A DNA stretch of 64,000 nucleotides. Origin: the human T2T-CHM13v2.0 reference genome, Homo sapiens. Position numbers and translations under genes: made by a program. Numbering within the stretch: the first letter of the stretch is position 1; each line of letters starts with the position of its first letter. The stretch is from assembly GCF_009914755.1 (NCBI RefSeq), contig NC_060946.1; one strand, given 5' to 3'. This document shows positions 1-14,038 of the stretch, piece by piece. The notes beneath the pieces were generated by a model, which worked only from the letters and a program-made list of their open reading frames with translations, ran no database searches and was not told where the DNA came from.

Positions 1-410
1 AAACAGCAGGAATGGAATCTCTCATAGTTCAGAAGTCCAGATCAGTTTCACTGGGCTAAGATCTTGGAGTCATCAGTTCTGGCTCCTTCTGAAGCTCTAG
101 GGGGCAGTCTGATTTAGCTCTTCCAGCTTCTGGTGGCTTCTCTCTCCCGGGATGTGGACACATCACTGCAATCTCTGTCTCTGTGTTCACATTGCCTTCT
201 CCACTTCAGTCTATGCTAAATGTCTCTCTACCTCTTGGTTTTTTTAGGACACTTGAGTTTGCATTTAAGTCCCAGTTGATTAATCTAAGAATATCTCCCT
301 GTTTCAAGCTCCTTAATTTACACCTGCAAAAGCTGTTTCCCCAAATGAGATACATGCATAGTCTTCTTGGAATGAAACCTCACTATTTGGGGATGATACT
401 CAGTACTGCA
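1..410 (-). mobile_element. MaLR LTR fragment (MLT1 family)
   Basis: Motifs 'ctcatagttcagaagtccagatcagtttcactgggctaag', 'cttccagcttctggtggc' and 'ccttaatttacacctgcaaaag' are typical of antisense MLT1. Confidence 0.7.
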
Positions 411-542
411 CCATTACATAACCAGGTCTCAGTGTTAGTCCTGTACATACATCACAATCTCTCTCTCTCTCTCTCTCCATACACCCTGGCTTCCTCCTTT
501 TCTCAATGTCATAAATCTCTTCAATTCCTTAAGTGTATCCAG

Positions 543-1397
543 TGATACCTATGAACAAATAAGTATCTGAGAAAAGTCTCAATCAGTTTAGAAATTTATT
601 TGGTCAAAGTTAAAGAAATATCAGTGAAACAGCCTCAGGAGGTCTTGAGAACGTGTGTCAAAGGTTGTCGGGCTACAGGTTGGTTTTACACGTTTTAGGG
701 AGACATAAGATATCAATCAATACGTGTAAGCTGTACATTGCTTTGATATGGAAAGGCAGGACAGCCCGAAGGAGGGGGGATGTTGGGGACTTCCAGGTCA
801 TAGGTGGATTCAGAGATTTCATAGGTGGTTGAAAGCGTTTATCTAATGACCTGTAATCAACACAAGGGAGTTTCTGGGTTTAGAAAAAGGGTTTTGGAGC
901 CAAGGTTGCATCATGCAGATGAAGCCTCCAGGTAGCAGGCTTCAGAGAGAATAGATTGTAATTGTTTCTTAGTAGACTTAAAAGGTGCCAAACTCTTAGT
1001 TAAATCTCTCTGGGTCAGGAAAGAGATTTAAAAAGGAATCTCTACAGAATGTAGATTTTTCCCACAAGAACCAGCTTTGCAGAGGCATTTTTAAATACAT
1101 TAAATAACAATATCTTGGGGAAAATACTTTGATTTCTCTTAGGACGTGGTATCTGTCACATTGGTATCTTATTGCTATAAAGAGTTTTCTTTGTCAGTCT
1201 CAAGGTCTCTGTCTTCATATTAAAAGCTGGTCAGTTGTGCCTGAATTTTAAAGGGAAGAGGGTAAGTTCAGGCATATCCAATCATCCGTTCCGATCATGG
1301 ACTGCATTGTATTTCAGGTTGATTTTGGTGTGTCCTTGGTTGAGAGGAGGAGTTCATTCAGTTGGTTAGGGAGCTTAGAGTTTCATTTTTGGTTTAC
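543..1397 (-). mobile_element. ERV1 solo LTR, MER4 group
   Basis: Contains 'gtctcaatcagtttagaaatttatttgg' and 'ttagggagacataagatatcaatcaatac'. The end 'cttagagtttcatttttggtttac' is the reverse complement of the MER4 start TGTAAACCAAAAATAAAATTCTAAG. Confidence 0.85.
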
Positions 1398-2992
1398 TCA
1401 CCTATGTCCAGGTAAGAGGGCCCCACACAGGAGGGCTTGCTCAGAACCTGGCTTGCAGGGCTGCTTACAGACCTTCTATGTCTCCTGTTGTCATGCACAA
1501 GGAAGGACACAGCCAATGACAACCCTCAGCCATCCGGGGAGAAGCTGTGTCTGCAGAGGACGGTCATGAGCTGTGAGTCTAGAGACCTGTGATTGTCTTC
1601 AGGGGCCTGTGGTCCTCAGCTTTCATAGGAGTTGTGGGGGCACTGGCTCAAATAGCATCCACCAGGATTCTAATCAGAATATCTCATTCACAGAAGGCAG
1701 TGGGTGATATGACAGCACAGAGGGACTCTGTGGGGCCAGCTGCATGGAGCACTCTGGGAGAGTCACTGGCACCCGTGCTAGACAGATCTTCATTCAACTT
1801 CTGGAGCACACGGATTTAGATCTCTTTACATCATTTTGAAAGACCATTTATCATTCTGAAGGAAACCACTGTAATTAACTAAGGTAACATCTTTAATAGG
1901 TAGAAAGAAAAAACTGATTATTTTATTGCCAAGATGATTACAAGAAAAGAAACAAACAAAAATAGCATGAAAGAAAGAGCAACACTAGACTGAGGGCTTT
2001 GGGTAAGAGGTTGAGACTTAGTACTGAATGCCCTGGGCCATCTTCTGTCAAAAGGGAGGGACAATCAGCAAAGGGAAATATGCAGTAGAGGCAAAATCTT
2101 GGTTAGTAAAAGAATCCTAAGAGAAAACAAGAAGTCTCCTTCCTGAGCATCATGTTGGTGTCGGGAAGATGCACATAATCCCCCCATTGCATGTCTTACA
2201 CTTTTCAGCAATTAGGGCTCAGCATGAATTTAGAAGACATCATTCACTTCACAGCACATGGGGACACAGTCAAGGCAGCGGTGAGAGGCAAGGCTGGGCT
2301 TTCAGTCTCAGCGCACAGAGCAGGTTCCCCACTACTCCGCACCCTGGTGTCTCCTCCCAGATGTTCCACCTCATTCTTGCCTTAAGGGCTCCAAGTTGTT
2401 AATGGGACAGTAGCCCTCTTCCTTTCCCAGGGTTTCTAAGAATTTGGCTCTCTTTTGTGTATTGTGGGGTTTGTTTGCCATCTAGAGGCAGCTTTTTGGC
2501 ATAGCAACTTACAGGCTTTTTCTACTTGTGATAGTGAAAATAAATACATAAATAAATTCATCATAAATAATAAATTGACTTAATGCATTGAATCTGTAAA
2601 AAAAAATAAGGTCAGTTTGAGAGCTTAAAAGGAGCCTGATGAGGTTGAAAAGACAAATTACCTTTAGTAAAGAGCAGTTGGAGCAATAGATGATTCTTTA
2701 ATCAAGGACATTTTAAGAGTAATCATCAAATGGTAAATAAAACTTGAAATAAGATGATAAAATATAATCTTATATGCAAAAAAAGTCCAAGAACCAGAGA
2801 AATACATTTTCAGATTAAAACAAACAAAAAATGTGGGTTTATCATCAGATCCGCTAAATGGAAGATGTCTCAAATGTGTGCTTGGAGGAAAAATAACACT
2901 TATCCCTATTTGAAAGTTCAAGATTTTTGAGCTTTAGAAGAAAACAGCTTTCCCTTCACTCTGTTCCACTCAACGCTTCTGAGGATGGCCAT

Positions 2993-4415
2993 GGGGCAAA
3001 AAGCCGAGGCGGCAGGGGCAAAAAGCCGTGGCGGCAGGGGGGCAATAAGCCGCGACGGGCAAAAAGCGGCGTCGGCGGGGGGGCAAGAAGCCGCGGCGGG
3101 CAAAAATCCGCGGAGGCAAAAAGCCGCGGCGCGGAAAAGACCGCGGCGGCAGGGGCCAAAAAGCCTCGGCGCGGAAAAGACCGCGGCGGCGGGGGTGCAA
3201 AAAGTCGCGCCTGGCAAAAAGCCGCGGCGGCGTGGGGAACAAGCCGCGGCGGGCAGAAAGGCTCAGCGGCGGGGGGCAAAAAGCCGCGGCGGGCAAAAAG
3301 CCGCGGCGGGCATAAACCCGAGGAGGCGGGGCGGCAAAAAACCGCGGTGGGGAAAAAGCCGCGGCGGCGGGGGGCAAAAAACCGCGGTGGGGAAAAAGCC
3401 GCGGCGGCGGGGGGGCAAAAAGCTGCGGCGGGGAAAAGGCCACGGCGGCAGGGGGTAAAAAGCCGCGGCGGCGGGGGGGCAAGAAGCCGAGGCGCGCGAA
3501 AAGACGCGGTGGGGGGGGCAAAAAGCCGCGGTGGTGGGGGGGCAAAAATCCGCGGCGACAAAAAGCTGCGGCGGCGGGGGTGAAAAAGCCGCGGCGGGAA
3601 AAAGCCGCGGCGGCGGAGATGAAAAAGCCTCGGCGGCGGCGGGGCAAAAAGCCGGGTCGGGTAAAATGCCGCGGCGTCAGAGGGCAAAAAGCCGCGGCGG
3701 CGGGGTGCAAAAAACCGCGGTGGGGAAAAAGCCGCGATGGTGGGGGGGCAAAAAGCCGCGGCGGCGGAGGGCAAAACGCTGCGGCGGGCAAAAAGCTGCG
3801 GCGGCGGGGAGCGAAAACCCGCGGCGGGCATAAACCCGCGGCGGCGGGGGGCAAAAAGCCGCGGCGGGCAAATAAGGGCGGCACCGGGGGGTGCAAAAAG
3901 CCGCGGCGGGCAAATAACCGCGACACCGGAGCGAGGGGGTGGGGGCAAAAAGCCGCGGCGGGCGAACAAAAAGCCGGGGCGGCGGGGGGGCAAAAAGCCT
4001 CTGCGGCGGGGGCGCAAAAAGCCGGGTCGGGCAAAAAGCCGCGGCGGCTGGGGGGCAAAAAGTCGCGGCCGGCAAAAAGCCGCGGCGTCAGGGAGGCAAA
4101 AAGCCGCGGCGGCGGGGCTGCAAAAAACCGCGGCGGGCAAAAAGCCGCGGCGGGCAAAAAGCCGGGTCAGGCAAAAAGCCGCGGCGGCGAGGTGAAAAAG
4201 CCATGGCGCTCAGAAAGGCGCGGCGGTGGGGGGGCAAAAAGCCGCGGCGGCGGGGGGCAAAAAGCCGCGGCAGGCATAAACCCGAGGCGGCGTGGGGGGC
4301 AAAAAACCGCGGTGGGGAAAAATCCGTGGCGGCGGGCGGCAAAAAGCCGTGGCGGCGGGGGGGCAAAAAGCCGCGGTGGAGAGGGGGCAAAAATCCGCGA
4401 CGACGCGGGGCAAAA
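2993..4415 (+). repeat. GC/CpG-rich tandem array A, units of ~17-22 bp (GGGCAAAAAGCCGCGGC[GGCGG]); pericentromeric 'CAAAAAG'-type repeat
   Basis: Dozens of degenerate copies of GGCAAAAAGCCGCGGCGGCGG are directly visible. The + strand has very few T, and both edges are sharp. Confidence 0.97.
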
Positions 4416-6799
4416 TAGTGGATCTGGTGTAGAAGGCCGGCACAGCTTGGCATTGCTGGAGTGTGATGTGATAGGAAATGTGCAGCGAAAGACAAAAAAA
4501 GATGTAAGTAGGCTTGACTCATTGCAGCTAAGAACCCAGATGTTATCTTGAGGGTTTTAACTAATAAGCAGTTTAAATCAGAATGGCACATTCTGATTTT
4601 TTTTTATATGTTCACATTTGACAGGCATAGATACTGTTTGAAAAGAGAAAAGTCAGTAGATAGAGGTAACAAACTTAAATATGTGCCAAGTCTAGAAACA
4701 AGAGACTAGGGAGATAAGGACCTTTGGAAATAAAATGCAAGATTTGAAAACTGGCTGAGGGATGAGGAAAAGGCAGGTCTTTAAGGTCAATCCCTGTTTT
4801 GCTTTAAGTTGTTAGGGGGTGGTTTTACCACATATTGTAGAATACATCATTTCAGTTTTGAGCATCTTGAGTTAAATTGTCCTAACATATCTCATGAATT
4901 TGATTTTCTTCCCTGGGAAGCTAATATTTCAAAAACTTAAAGAGTATATAGGTTTCCAACTGGTATCCAATTTATAAAACTATCTCTAGGCTGCTGATTT
5001 CAGGAGGAGGCTCATGAATATTCTATTTGCAGAGAATATATCAGGAGTTAACATCAGTGTCAATATTTGTGGATGACCAGTTAACTAAACCACCTCTTAG
5101 TGTATTTAGATGGGAAATCTTAGCTGAAGATATTCAATAATGAACCAACAGTGACTAAAAAATTCAATATTGAAGTATATTTCATTGTAATTAATTTGAA
5201 TTGAAGTAGCCATATACAGCTAGTATTTACTACATTCAACAATGCAAATAAGAGGAAAAAAGAACCATCTCTAATACCACATGCCAAAATCCTCATCAAT
5301 TTATTCTAGCTAAAGGAGTTGATCAGAAGCAGCAGTTGAAAGCACCAACTAAACCAGCTGGGGTTAGTTCACTGTCATTCTCTCAGAACCATCTCTTCTC
5401 TGAACAAAACAAGTACAAGAGTTCATTGTGAATCTGTATTCTCCTTGCCTATTTTAAGGTTTTGATGTTGACAGTAATTTGTGAAATCCCTCCTGTGGTG
5501 TGATATTTCGTTTTCCTTGCTTTCTGTTAGGAGAAGAATGCTTCAGCTCTTAATTTAAAATTATGTTTCTCCCTCCTAGGTTGAGTGAACTTAGAATGCA
5601 TTCTCTGACATATCCAAGTTTTTCTTAATGTGAATTTGGGGAAAAAGCATAGTTAATTAGCTGAGACTTCTTATTCTAGGCTTGACCCTGTGTTCGACAT
5701 CTATTGAATTTGTAGTTGCATGGGCTGCTCTCTGACACTGGTTACTGACCTGGAAGCTATATTAACGTTAGGGGAGGTGGTGTATGAGCATTAGAGGTAT
5801 CCTTGCAAGGAAAGACTTGTCTTATCTCAATACGTCTTTTTTTTTGCACACAAGAAAGTCAATGTTTGAGTCTTCTAAAATCTTCCTATTTCCAAGTTGC
5901 AGAGTACCATTGATTCCTAAACAAAGACCTAATTTTTGACTCAGAGACGTGGCAAGGTAGTGAATCACCATTATAATTTAACAATCTTCAAGATAAAATT
6001 ATCTCTCTGACATTTAGATTTTGCCCAATTATTAAGATATTTGGGTGTTTCGTTAAGAATGGAAGATTCTAGTCTCTTGAGCAGAGACTATAAAGGCCTC
6101 AGATGATCATTTTTAATTTTATGCTCTTTTCTTTAACACCTTCAACACAGTTGGAAGCAGCTGATATTCCCCAGAGTTGTTGTGTTTTTTAAACCAAATG
6201 CATGGTTCAGTGGTAGAAAACTGGGCTGACCCAAGCTGTTTTCAGTAAACACTTCATTTCAGGTGACCTATTTCATATTAAATAATCTCTAGATCCTGTC
6301 TTCCAAACTAACTAGATCAGATAACCTACCCTGGATTTTCTCCTTTTAGGGTCTGTGAGCTGCAGTCACTTTTGTGAAAATGATTGCAATGACAAGATAG
6401 AGTTGTAGATGGGGAAAATGTTTTGACTAATTTAAGCATAGTGGTATTTCATATGAGAATTTAAGTTACACACATTTGAAAATTATAATGGAGTCTCTTG
6501 GCTGAGCTTTAAAAAAAATAGCATTTAGGCTAAACAGGGAAATGCTACCTCTCCTAAAATCAGAAAGATGTTACAGTAATTCTCCATTCTCTAGAATTAT
6601 CAGGAAGCACCTTTGTGATGATTTACTTTTGCTCTTGGGAGTGTGAGCCCGTGTAGTCTTGGAACCATCAATTAGAATGATGGCTTTCTGATCCCAAAGT
6701 CATTCGTTCTGAAAACAATATTTTTCATAAATTTGAAAGTCAGAAGTTTTGATCTTGCCATTCCCAAGTAACTCTCTTAATAAGAGGCATCAGCATGCT

Positions 6800-7600
6800 T
6801 CAGTGACAGCTGTCACCTTCCAGTGCTGAGAGTCATCTTTGAGTTCTCCATTTCACTCCCTACACTCCAATTTAGCTGCAGTTCTCTTGGCCAGTCCTCT
6901 GAAATACATCCATGGCCTAACGACTTCTCACCACTAATACCACTCATCCTGACAGCATTCTCACCTAAGTCACTACCTTTTTTCTCTGGATTACAATAGC
7001 CTTCCAATTTATTTGCTCACATAACCTATTTATTCTACGCGGTGCACCAGATACACCCCATTGAAATGCAAACACAATCATGTTATTCTCTGGTGAAAGT
7101 ATCTCATATATTCCTATTGCATTTAAAATTAATTCAGAATAATCCCATGATTATCAAAACCCTACATGCTCTTCCACAATATGGTTTACTTCCAAGATAT
7201 CTCTTCAACTCTTTTTTCACTGTACTGAATTGGTGACTAATAGTCATATTTTTGTTTTTGCTCAAAAAGTCTTGACTTCTAAATTTTTCAGTTTCTCCTT
7301 TATCCACAGGTAACTCTTTCCTCATAAGGCAAATTGCTTGTTTCCTTGAGATCTGCTCTCAAAGATACCCTTCATTTTCTACCTAATATTAATAACTTTA
7401 ATCATTCATTATTCCATTACTATGCTCTATAGTGTATACAATTTCTGTTCTTTGTCATGTTATTAACTAAATTATTTATTTGTTCCAGTAACGTATTCCA
7501 TAAATATTATACGCATAAAAGTTGTTATTTTTATTGCTGTATGCTCAGCTGCCCAATAACAGTCTGAGGATTAACATATTTGTTAAATGCACAAATACGT
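6800..7600 (+). mobile_element. Old L2 LINE 3' fragment
   Basis: Degenerate L2-like motifs ('ctggattacaatagccttcc', 'cctattgcatttaaaattaattcaga', terminal 'acatatttgttaaatg'). Confidence 0.55.
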
Positions 7601-7917
7601 TCTTTCATAAATATTAGTTTAATAATTTTATATTAAACTCCCTCTATATTTACAATATGAATTAGATAATTCAGAATAAACATTCCAGTGGAAAAAACTA
7701 AACAATTTGTTATAAAACATCCTTAAAAGCATCAGAAAGTTAATACATCAATGAAGAATTACAGGACCAAATTAAGAATGGTATGGAAGCCTGTTTGTGA
7801 GGCTTATGTTTGGGTAATCTCTTTACTTAGAGTGACTGTAAATCTCAAAAGAGGATTAAACGGAGAAATAACCATATCAACTCACATGGTAAGGGTATTT
7901 AAACATCTCTTAGTAAT

Positions 7918-8086
7918 GGAGAAAATTGAAAGAAAAGAAAAAAGAGAAAGGGAGAAAGAGAAACAGAGTGAAAGGGATAATGAAGGAGAGAAAGAAGAAG
8001 AGAAAGGAAGAGGAAGAAAAGTAAAGAGGAGGAGGGAGAGGGAGGAAGAAAGGTGAAAAGAAAGAATGCTAAAGTTTTCAACAACA
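7918..8086 (+). repeat. GA-rich low-complexity purine tract
   Basis: Almost exclusively A/G, read directly from the sequence. Confidence 0.9.
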
Positions 8087-8109
8087 TAATTTATCCTAGA
8101 ATATGAATG

Positions 8110-9660
8110 TTGGTCTATTTGATGATGTCCCACAGATTCCTTAGTCTCTGCTCATTTTTTATCTGTTTCTCAGAGTCAATATTTTCCATTTTCTTATCTT
8201 CAAGCTCATGACTTCTTCTGTGTGTGCAAATATACTCTTAAATCCCTCTGGTGATTTTGAAATTTTTATCGTTGTAGTTTTCCACTCCAGAATTTCTGCT
8301 ATCTCTGTTGATATTCCTACATTTTAATATTTTTTCTGAATCCTTTATTTCTTTGTTTATGTTTTCCTTGTGACATTTGAGTATAATTAAGAGAGTTGTT
8401 TTAAAGTCTTTGTCTAGTAATTTTGAAGTCTGGGTTTCCTTAGAGATATTCTCTGTCAGTTTGTTTTGTTCCTTTGAATGAGCCACACTTTCCCATTCTT
8501 TGTATGCCTTGGAACTTTTTTTGAAAACTGGGCATTATAATAATTATAATTACTATGTGGTTACTCTGTAAATCAGACCCCCCCACACAAACACAGTAAT
8601 GTTTTGGGGTTTTAAATTTTCTTTACTTATTATATTGTTAAGGATTTTTTTTTTTACTGAAATTTTCCAAAGTGATTTACAAAACTGTTTGCTTTATAAG
8701 GTGTGGTCACCGAAGTCTTTTTGTTTCCTTGACAAATGTTAAGCTAATGTTTTGACAGTGATTTTCTTGTATGTCAGGAACTAAGCAAACAGGCAAATAC
8801 AACAAAAACAAAAAGAAAAACAAGTAATCATTATCCAGCAAAATATGTCTCTAGGCCATGCAGACTGGCTTCGTGCTGGGTTCTTTAAAGCCGAAACAAA
8901 GTGTGTGTTCACTCTTGCACTGAGTGAAGTTCAAGTTCACTCTTGCACAGAGCTTGCACTGAGGAGAGGGATTCGCCAAGGTAAAAGTGTAGGGTCTTCT
9001 TATGACATTTGTCAGCATGTGGCTTAACCTATGCATACATGTGACTTCCTAGACTCTCTCGTGTACTTGAATGATTTTGAATGTCTTAGTTTTCTAAATA
9101 CTCTTCTCCAACTTTTCTTCCTGTGCTGAAGGTGATCTACTACATGTGTAAGCTCTAATTTTTGCCCTAAGCATCTGTGGTTTGTTAGGTCTCCTTGCAG
9201 AGTTTCTTGATAATGTCCATTCCTTATCTGTTCTGTATTCTAGCAACACAGAAAAAACAAAAGCCTTTCATGAGTCCTTTAGGTATCCCCCAGACCAGTC
9301 AGAACAGACACATAGTAATTTGTTGGTAAGATCTTCTCTTGTTCCTTTGGATCATGGACCAGGGTTCCTCACTGGGAACGTGGGCTTCTGACACTTCAAA
9401 ACTGCCAATTTGCTGCTGCAAAGGCAAGCTAAAAATGTCATAAAGTTTTCAAATTGTCTTTTTCTTGAGTCTGCTTTCACTTGGTTGTTGTAATCTTTTG
9501 ACCATTTTCCAGAGTTTTGTCAAAGTTTATTCGGACAGTTTCTCTTAGTTGTGTGATGTTTCTATGGGGAAATGAAAGATTGCAGCTGTCTCCACTGCCG
9601 TTTTGCTGATGCTCCTCTTTTGTCAATTTTTTCTTCATGTTATTATGCTTTGTTATTAGT
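8110..9660 (-). mobile_element. Old L1 (L1M) 5'/ORF1-region fragment
   Basis: Contains 'gtcccacagattccttagtctctgctcatttt' and 'aagtctttgtctagtaa'. ORF 8238-8486 resembles degenerate L1M ORF1 (LLDKDFKTT). Confidence 0.65.
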
Positions 9661-9664
9661 TCAT

Positions 9665-10085
9665 GTATTAGTTTTCTAGGGCTCCCATAACCAACTAACA
9701 CAAACTGGGTGCCTTGAACAACATACATTTATAGTCTTATAGTCCTGGAAGCTAAAAGTCTGAGATTGAGGTGTCAGCAGGGATGGTCCCTTCAAAGGCT
9801 ATGAGAGAAAGTCTGTTCTGTGCCTTGTTTCTTGCTTCTGGTGGTTTAGTGGCAGTCTTTGCCCTTCCTTGGCTAATCTCTGCCCTCATAATCACATGGT
9901 ACTCTCCCTGTGTGTATGTCTCCCTCTACTCAATTTTTTTTTATAAGGACATCAGTCATATTGAATTCAGGCTCATCTGATTTTATCTTAACTTAATCAC
10001 CTGCAAAGAACCTATTTTCTAATGAGGTCATTTTCAGTGGTTAGGATTTCAGCATCTATATAGAGGAAACAATTTAACTCCTATC
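9665..10085 (-). mobile_element. MaLR LTR (MLT1B/C-like)
   Basis: Starts 'tgtattagttttctagggct...acaaactgggtg', then 'gtctgagattgaggtgtcagcaggg' and 'cttaacttaatcacctgcaaagaacctatttt'. Confidence 0.85.
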
Positions 10086-10089
10086 TGTG

Positions 10090-11545
<1,456 letters not shown>

Positions 11546-11549
11546 TTAC

Positions 11550-12010
11550 AAAACATAGGTGCTCAAAAAATAAACATGTGCATGAATATTTACAGCATTA
11601 ATATTCATACAGTCAAAAAGTGGAAACAATCCATATGCTTGTTGAGTCATAAATGGACACCCAATTTTCAGCTATAAAAAAGAATGAAGTACTTATATAT
11701 GGTATAATATGGGTGAAATTTGAAAGCATTATGTTAAGTGCACAAAAGGACAAATATTACTTGATTTTATTCACATGAAACATCAGGAATTGGCAAATCA
11801 ATTGGGATATAAATCAGGTTAGTGGTCGTTAGGGCTCAGGGAAGCAGAATAAGGTGTAATAACTTTATGCCTAATGGGTTTTTGGAAGGGACATGATGAA
11901 ATTGCCCTGGAACATTGTGAATATACTAAAAACAAGTGCATTGTATGCTTTAAAATGGTTAAGTTATTAATTTTATATTTTGTGATTTTTACCTTAAAAA
12001 ACAAAAAAGA
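11550..12010 (+). mobile_element. L1 3' end fragment (L1MB/ME-like)
   Basis: Contains 'aaaaagtggaaacaatcc', 'aaaaagaatgaagtact' and 'ctttaaaatggttaa', followed by an A-rich end. Confidence 0.75.
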
Positions 12011-12834
12011 GAAAATAGCCTTACTCTCTACATAATAAACTCAAGATATCTTACAAATTTATGTGAAATCCAAAATACTATAATATTTAAGGAATAGCTA
12101 AGTAGAATAACACTGAAATTTAACATAATGAAACATTTCCTTAAAAAAGAAAAAAGCACAGTAATTAAAAAGGGAAATATATTTAATATTTTTTCTCTCC
12201 ATTAAGCATGCCATTAACTGAGTAAAAAATCAAACTGCAATTATGTAAACTACATTTTCTAAAACCACAAAGAAAATAAGAAATGAAAAGGGATTTGGGA
12301 AAAAAATCCAAAGGTACAGTCAACTACACAAAAAAATCTTAGTCTCATTAATCATTATGAAAATGCAAATGGTAACTGAAAGAAGATAAAACTACAATTC
12401 AAAGAGAAAGCCTAAAATTTCAACCCTCAAAAACCTCTGGGTTTTGGTGATCTGGGATGGAATAGGGTTCCTAACCTGAAAACAATGGAAGAACCAAACT
12501 AACTTCAAAGTCATGACTTTATTTTTATAGCAACCAGGTTGCCAAGAACTGAGTCAAAATATGAGGGAAAACAAGCAACTTCAAGGAGAAAGAGGACAGA
12601 TGCACTTACATAGGACAGATGCAAATACCACTATGACAAGTAAAGCTGGAATAATCAATAAATTCCTAAAGACAAAGTGGGGCTGGTGAGATTGGGAGAC
12701 CGCTGACAGCTGCAGAAGTTTGGAAAGATCCATCATCTTGAAAACTTTTTCCCCACAAACCCACTGCGATCTCTCAAGCAATTGGTAAGGAATCCAAGAG
12801 AGTCTGTATATGACACAGATCAGGGAGAGCAGAA

Positions 12835-13116
12835 CACTTGGGAGGTGACCAGGTCTTGGGGGCCGAGCCCTTATGAATGGGATTAGTGCCTTTATAAAAT
12901 AGCTCAATGGAGTTCTTGTGTGTCTTCCACTATGTGAGGACATAGAAAGAAGGCACCATCTATGAACCATGAAATGGGCTCTCATCAACACTGAATTTGT
13001 GAGCATCTTGACCTGAGATCTTACAGCCTCAAGAAGTGTGAAAAAAGAAATATCTGTTGTTTTTTAGTCACCCGGTTTATGTTATTTTGTTATAAGAGTC
13101 CAAATAGACCAAGATA
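12835..13116 (+). mobile_element. MaLR LTR fragment (MLT1A-like)
   Basis: Contains 'gcccttatgaatgggattagtgcctttataa', 'aaggcaccatctatgaacca' and 'tattttgttata...aatagaccaagata'. Confidence 0.85.
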
Positions 13117-13119
13117 TTC

Positions 13120-14035
13120 CACTTAATATGTAGGGGAAGGCAACAAAAACTGCCACACTTAGAATACTCCCGATGCTGGCAGTATGAAAACAGGAAAAAC
13201 AAAACAAAACTGCTCTTGAAGTGAAGGAGGAATATCACTGAGTTCACCAACACAGCCAGGAAAAGAACAGAAGTGTGAGAAGGCTACATTCCTAAGACCT
13301 TGAGAAAAAGTACCTGCATAAGACTGAGATGAAATTACCTACTCTAGTTATGATTGAAATCCCAAAAAGAAAAGAGGAAAAAATAATGGAGCCAAAGAAA
13401 TATTTTTCAAAACAACTGCCAAAAATATTCTAAAAGAAGTGACAGAAAATCAAACTTCAGATATAGGAAACTCAGAGAATGTCAAATAGAACAAAAATAA
13501 ATAAGAATTACATCTTGAAAACTCTTTAAAAATCAAGTCTAAATTTTATACCGTGCTCCAAATATATAGAGATATAAATAGGTTATCATCAAGGTATGGA
13601 GAATGCCATATCATGGAAACACTAAAATAAAGCTGTGGATGGACTACGTTGATATTAGACACAACAGAGTTCAGAACAAGAAATAGTATCAGAGATGAGA
13701 GATAATAGATAATATAATCATCAATTCTCAAGAAGATGTAAACATCCTACTAATTAGGGTATGCAGCTAACAACAGAACCTCCAAATACATGAGGAAAAA
13801 CATGAAAGAAATCAAAGGTGAACTAGAAAAATCCAAAATTATATTTGCAGACTTCAACACTTTTGTCTTAGTAATGGAAAGACTAGGCACAAACTCAGTA
13901 ATCATGTGGAAGATAAGAACAACAATATCACCAACAAGACATCCAATCTTCAATGGCAGATACTCTTTCCTTTCAAGTGAAAAAAAAAAACAGTTTGACA
14001 TATTCTCTAACAAACCCAGAATTTCTAATATTTGC
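13120..14035 (+). mobile_element. Old L1 ORF1/ORF2 (endonuclease) fragment
   Basis: The ORF at 13790 begins ...EIKGELEKSKIIFADFNT, matching the L1 endonuclease motif IIVGDFNT. Confidence 0.75.
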
Positions 14036-14038
14036 GGT

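Noticed and set aside
2918-4591. Many overlapping 100-395 aa ORFs rich in G/A/K/R/P on both strands
   Set aside because: They are translations of the tandem array. The repeat unit contains almost no stop codons, so all six frames are open, and there is no domain signature.
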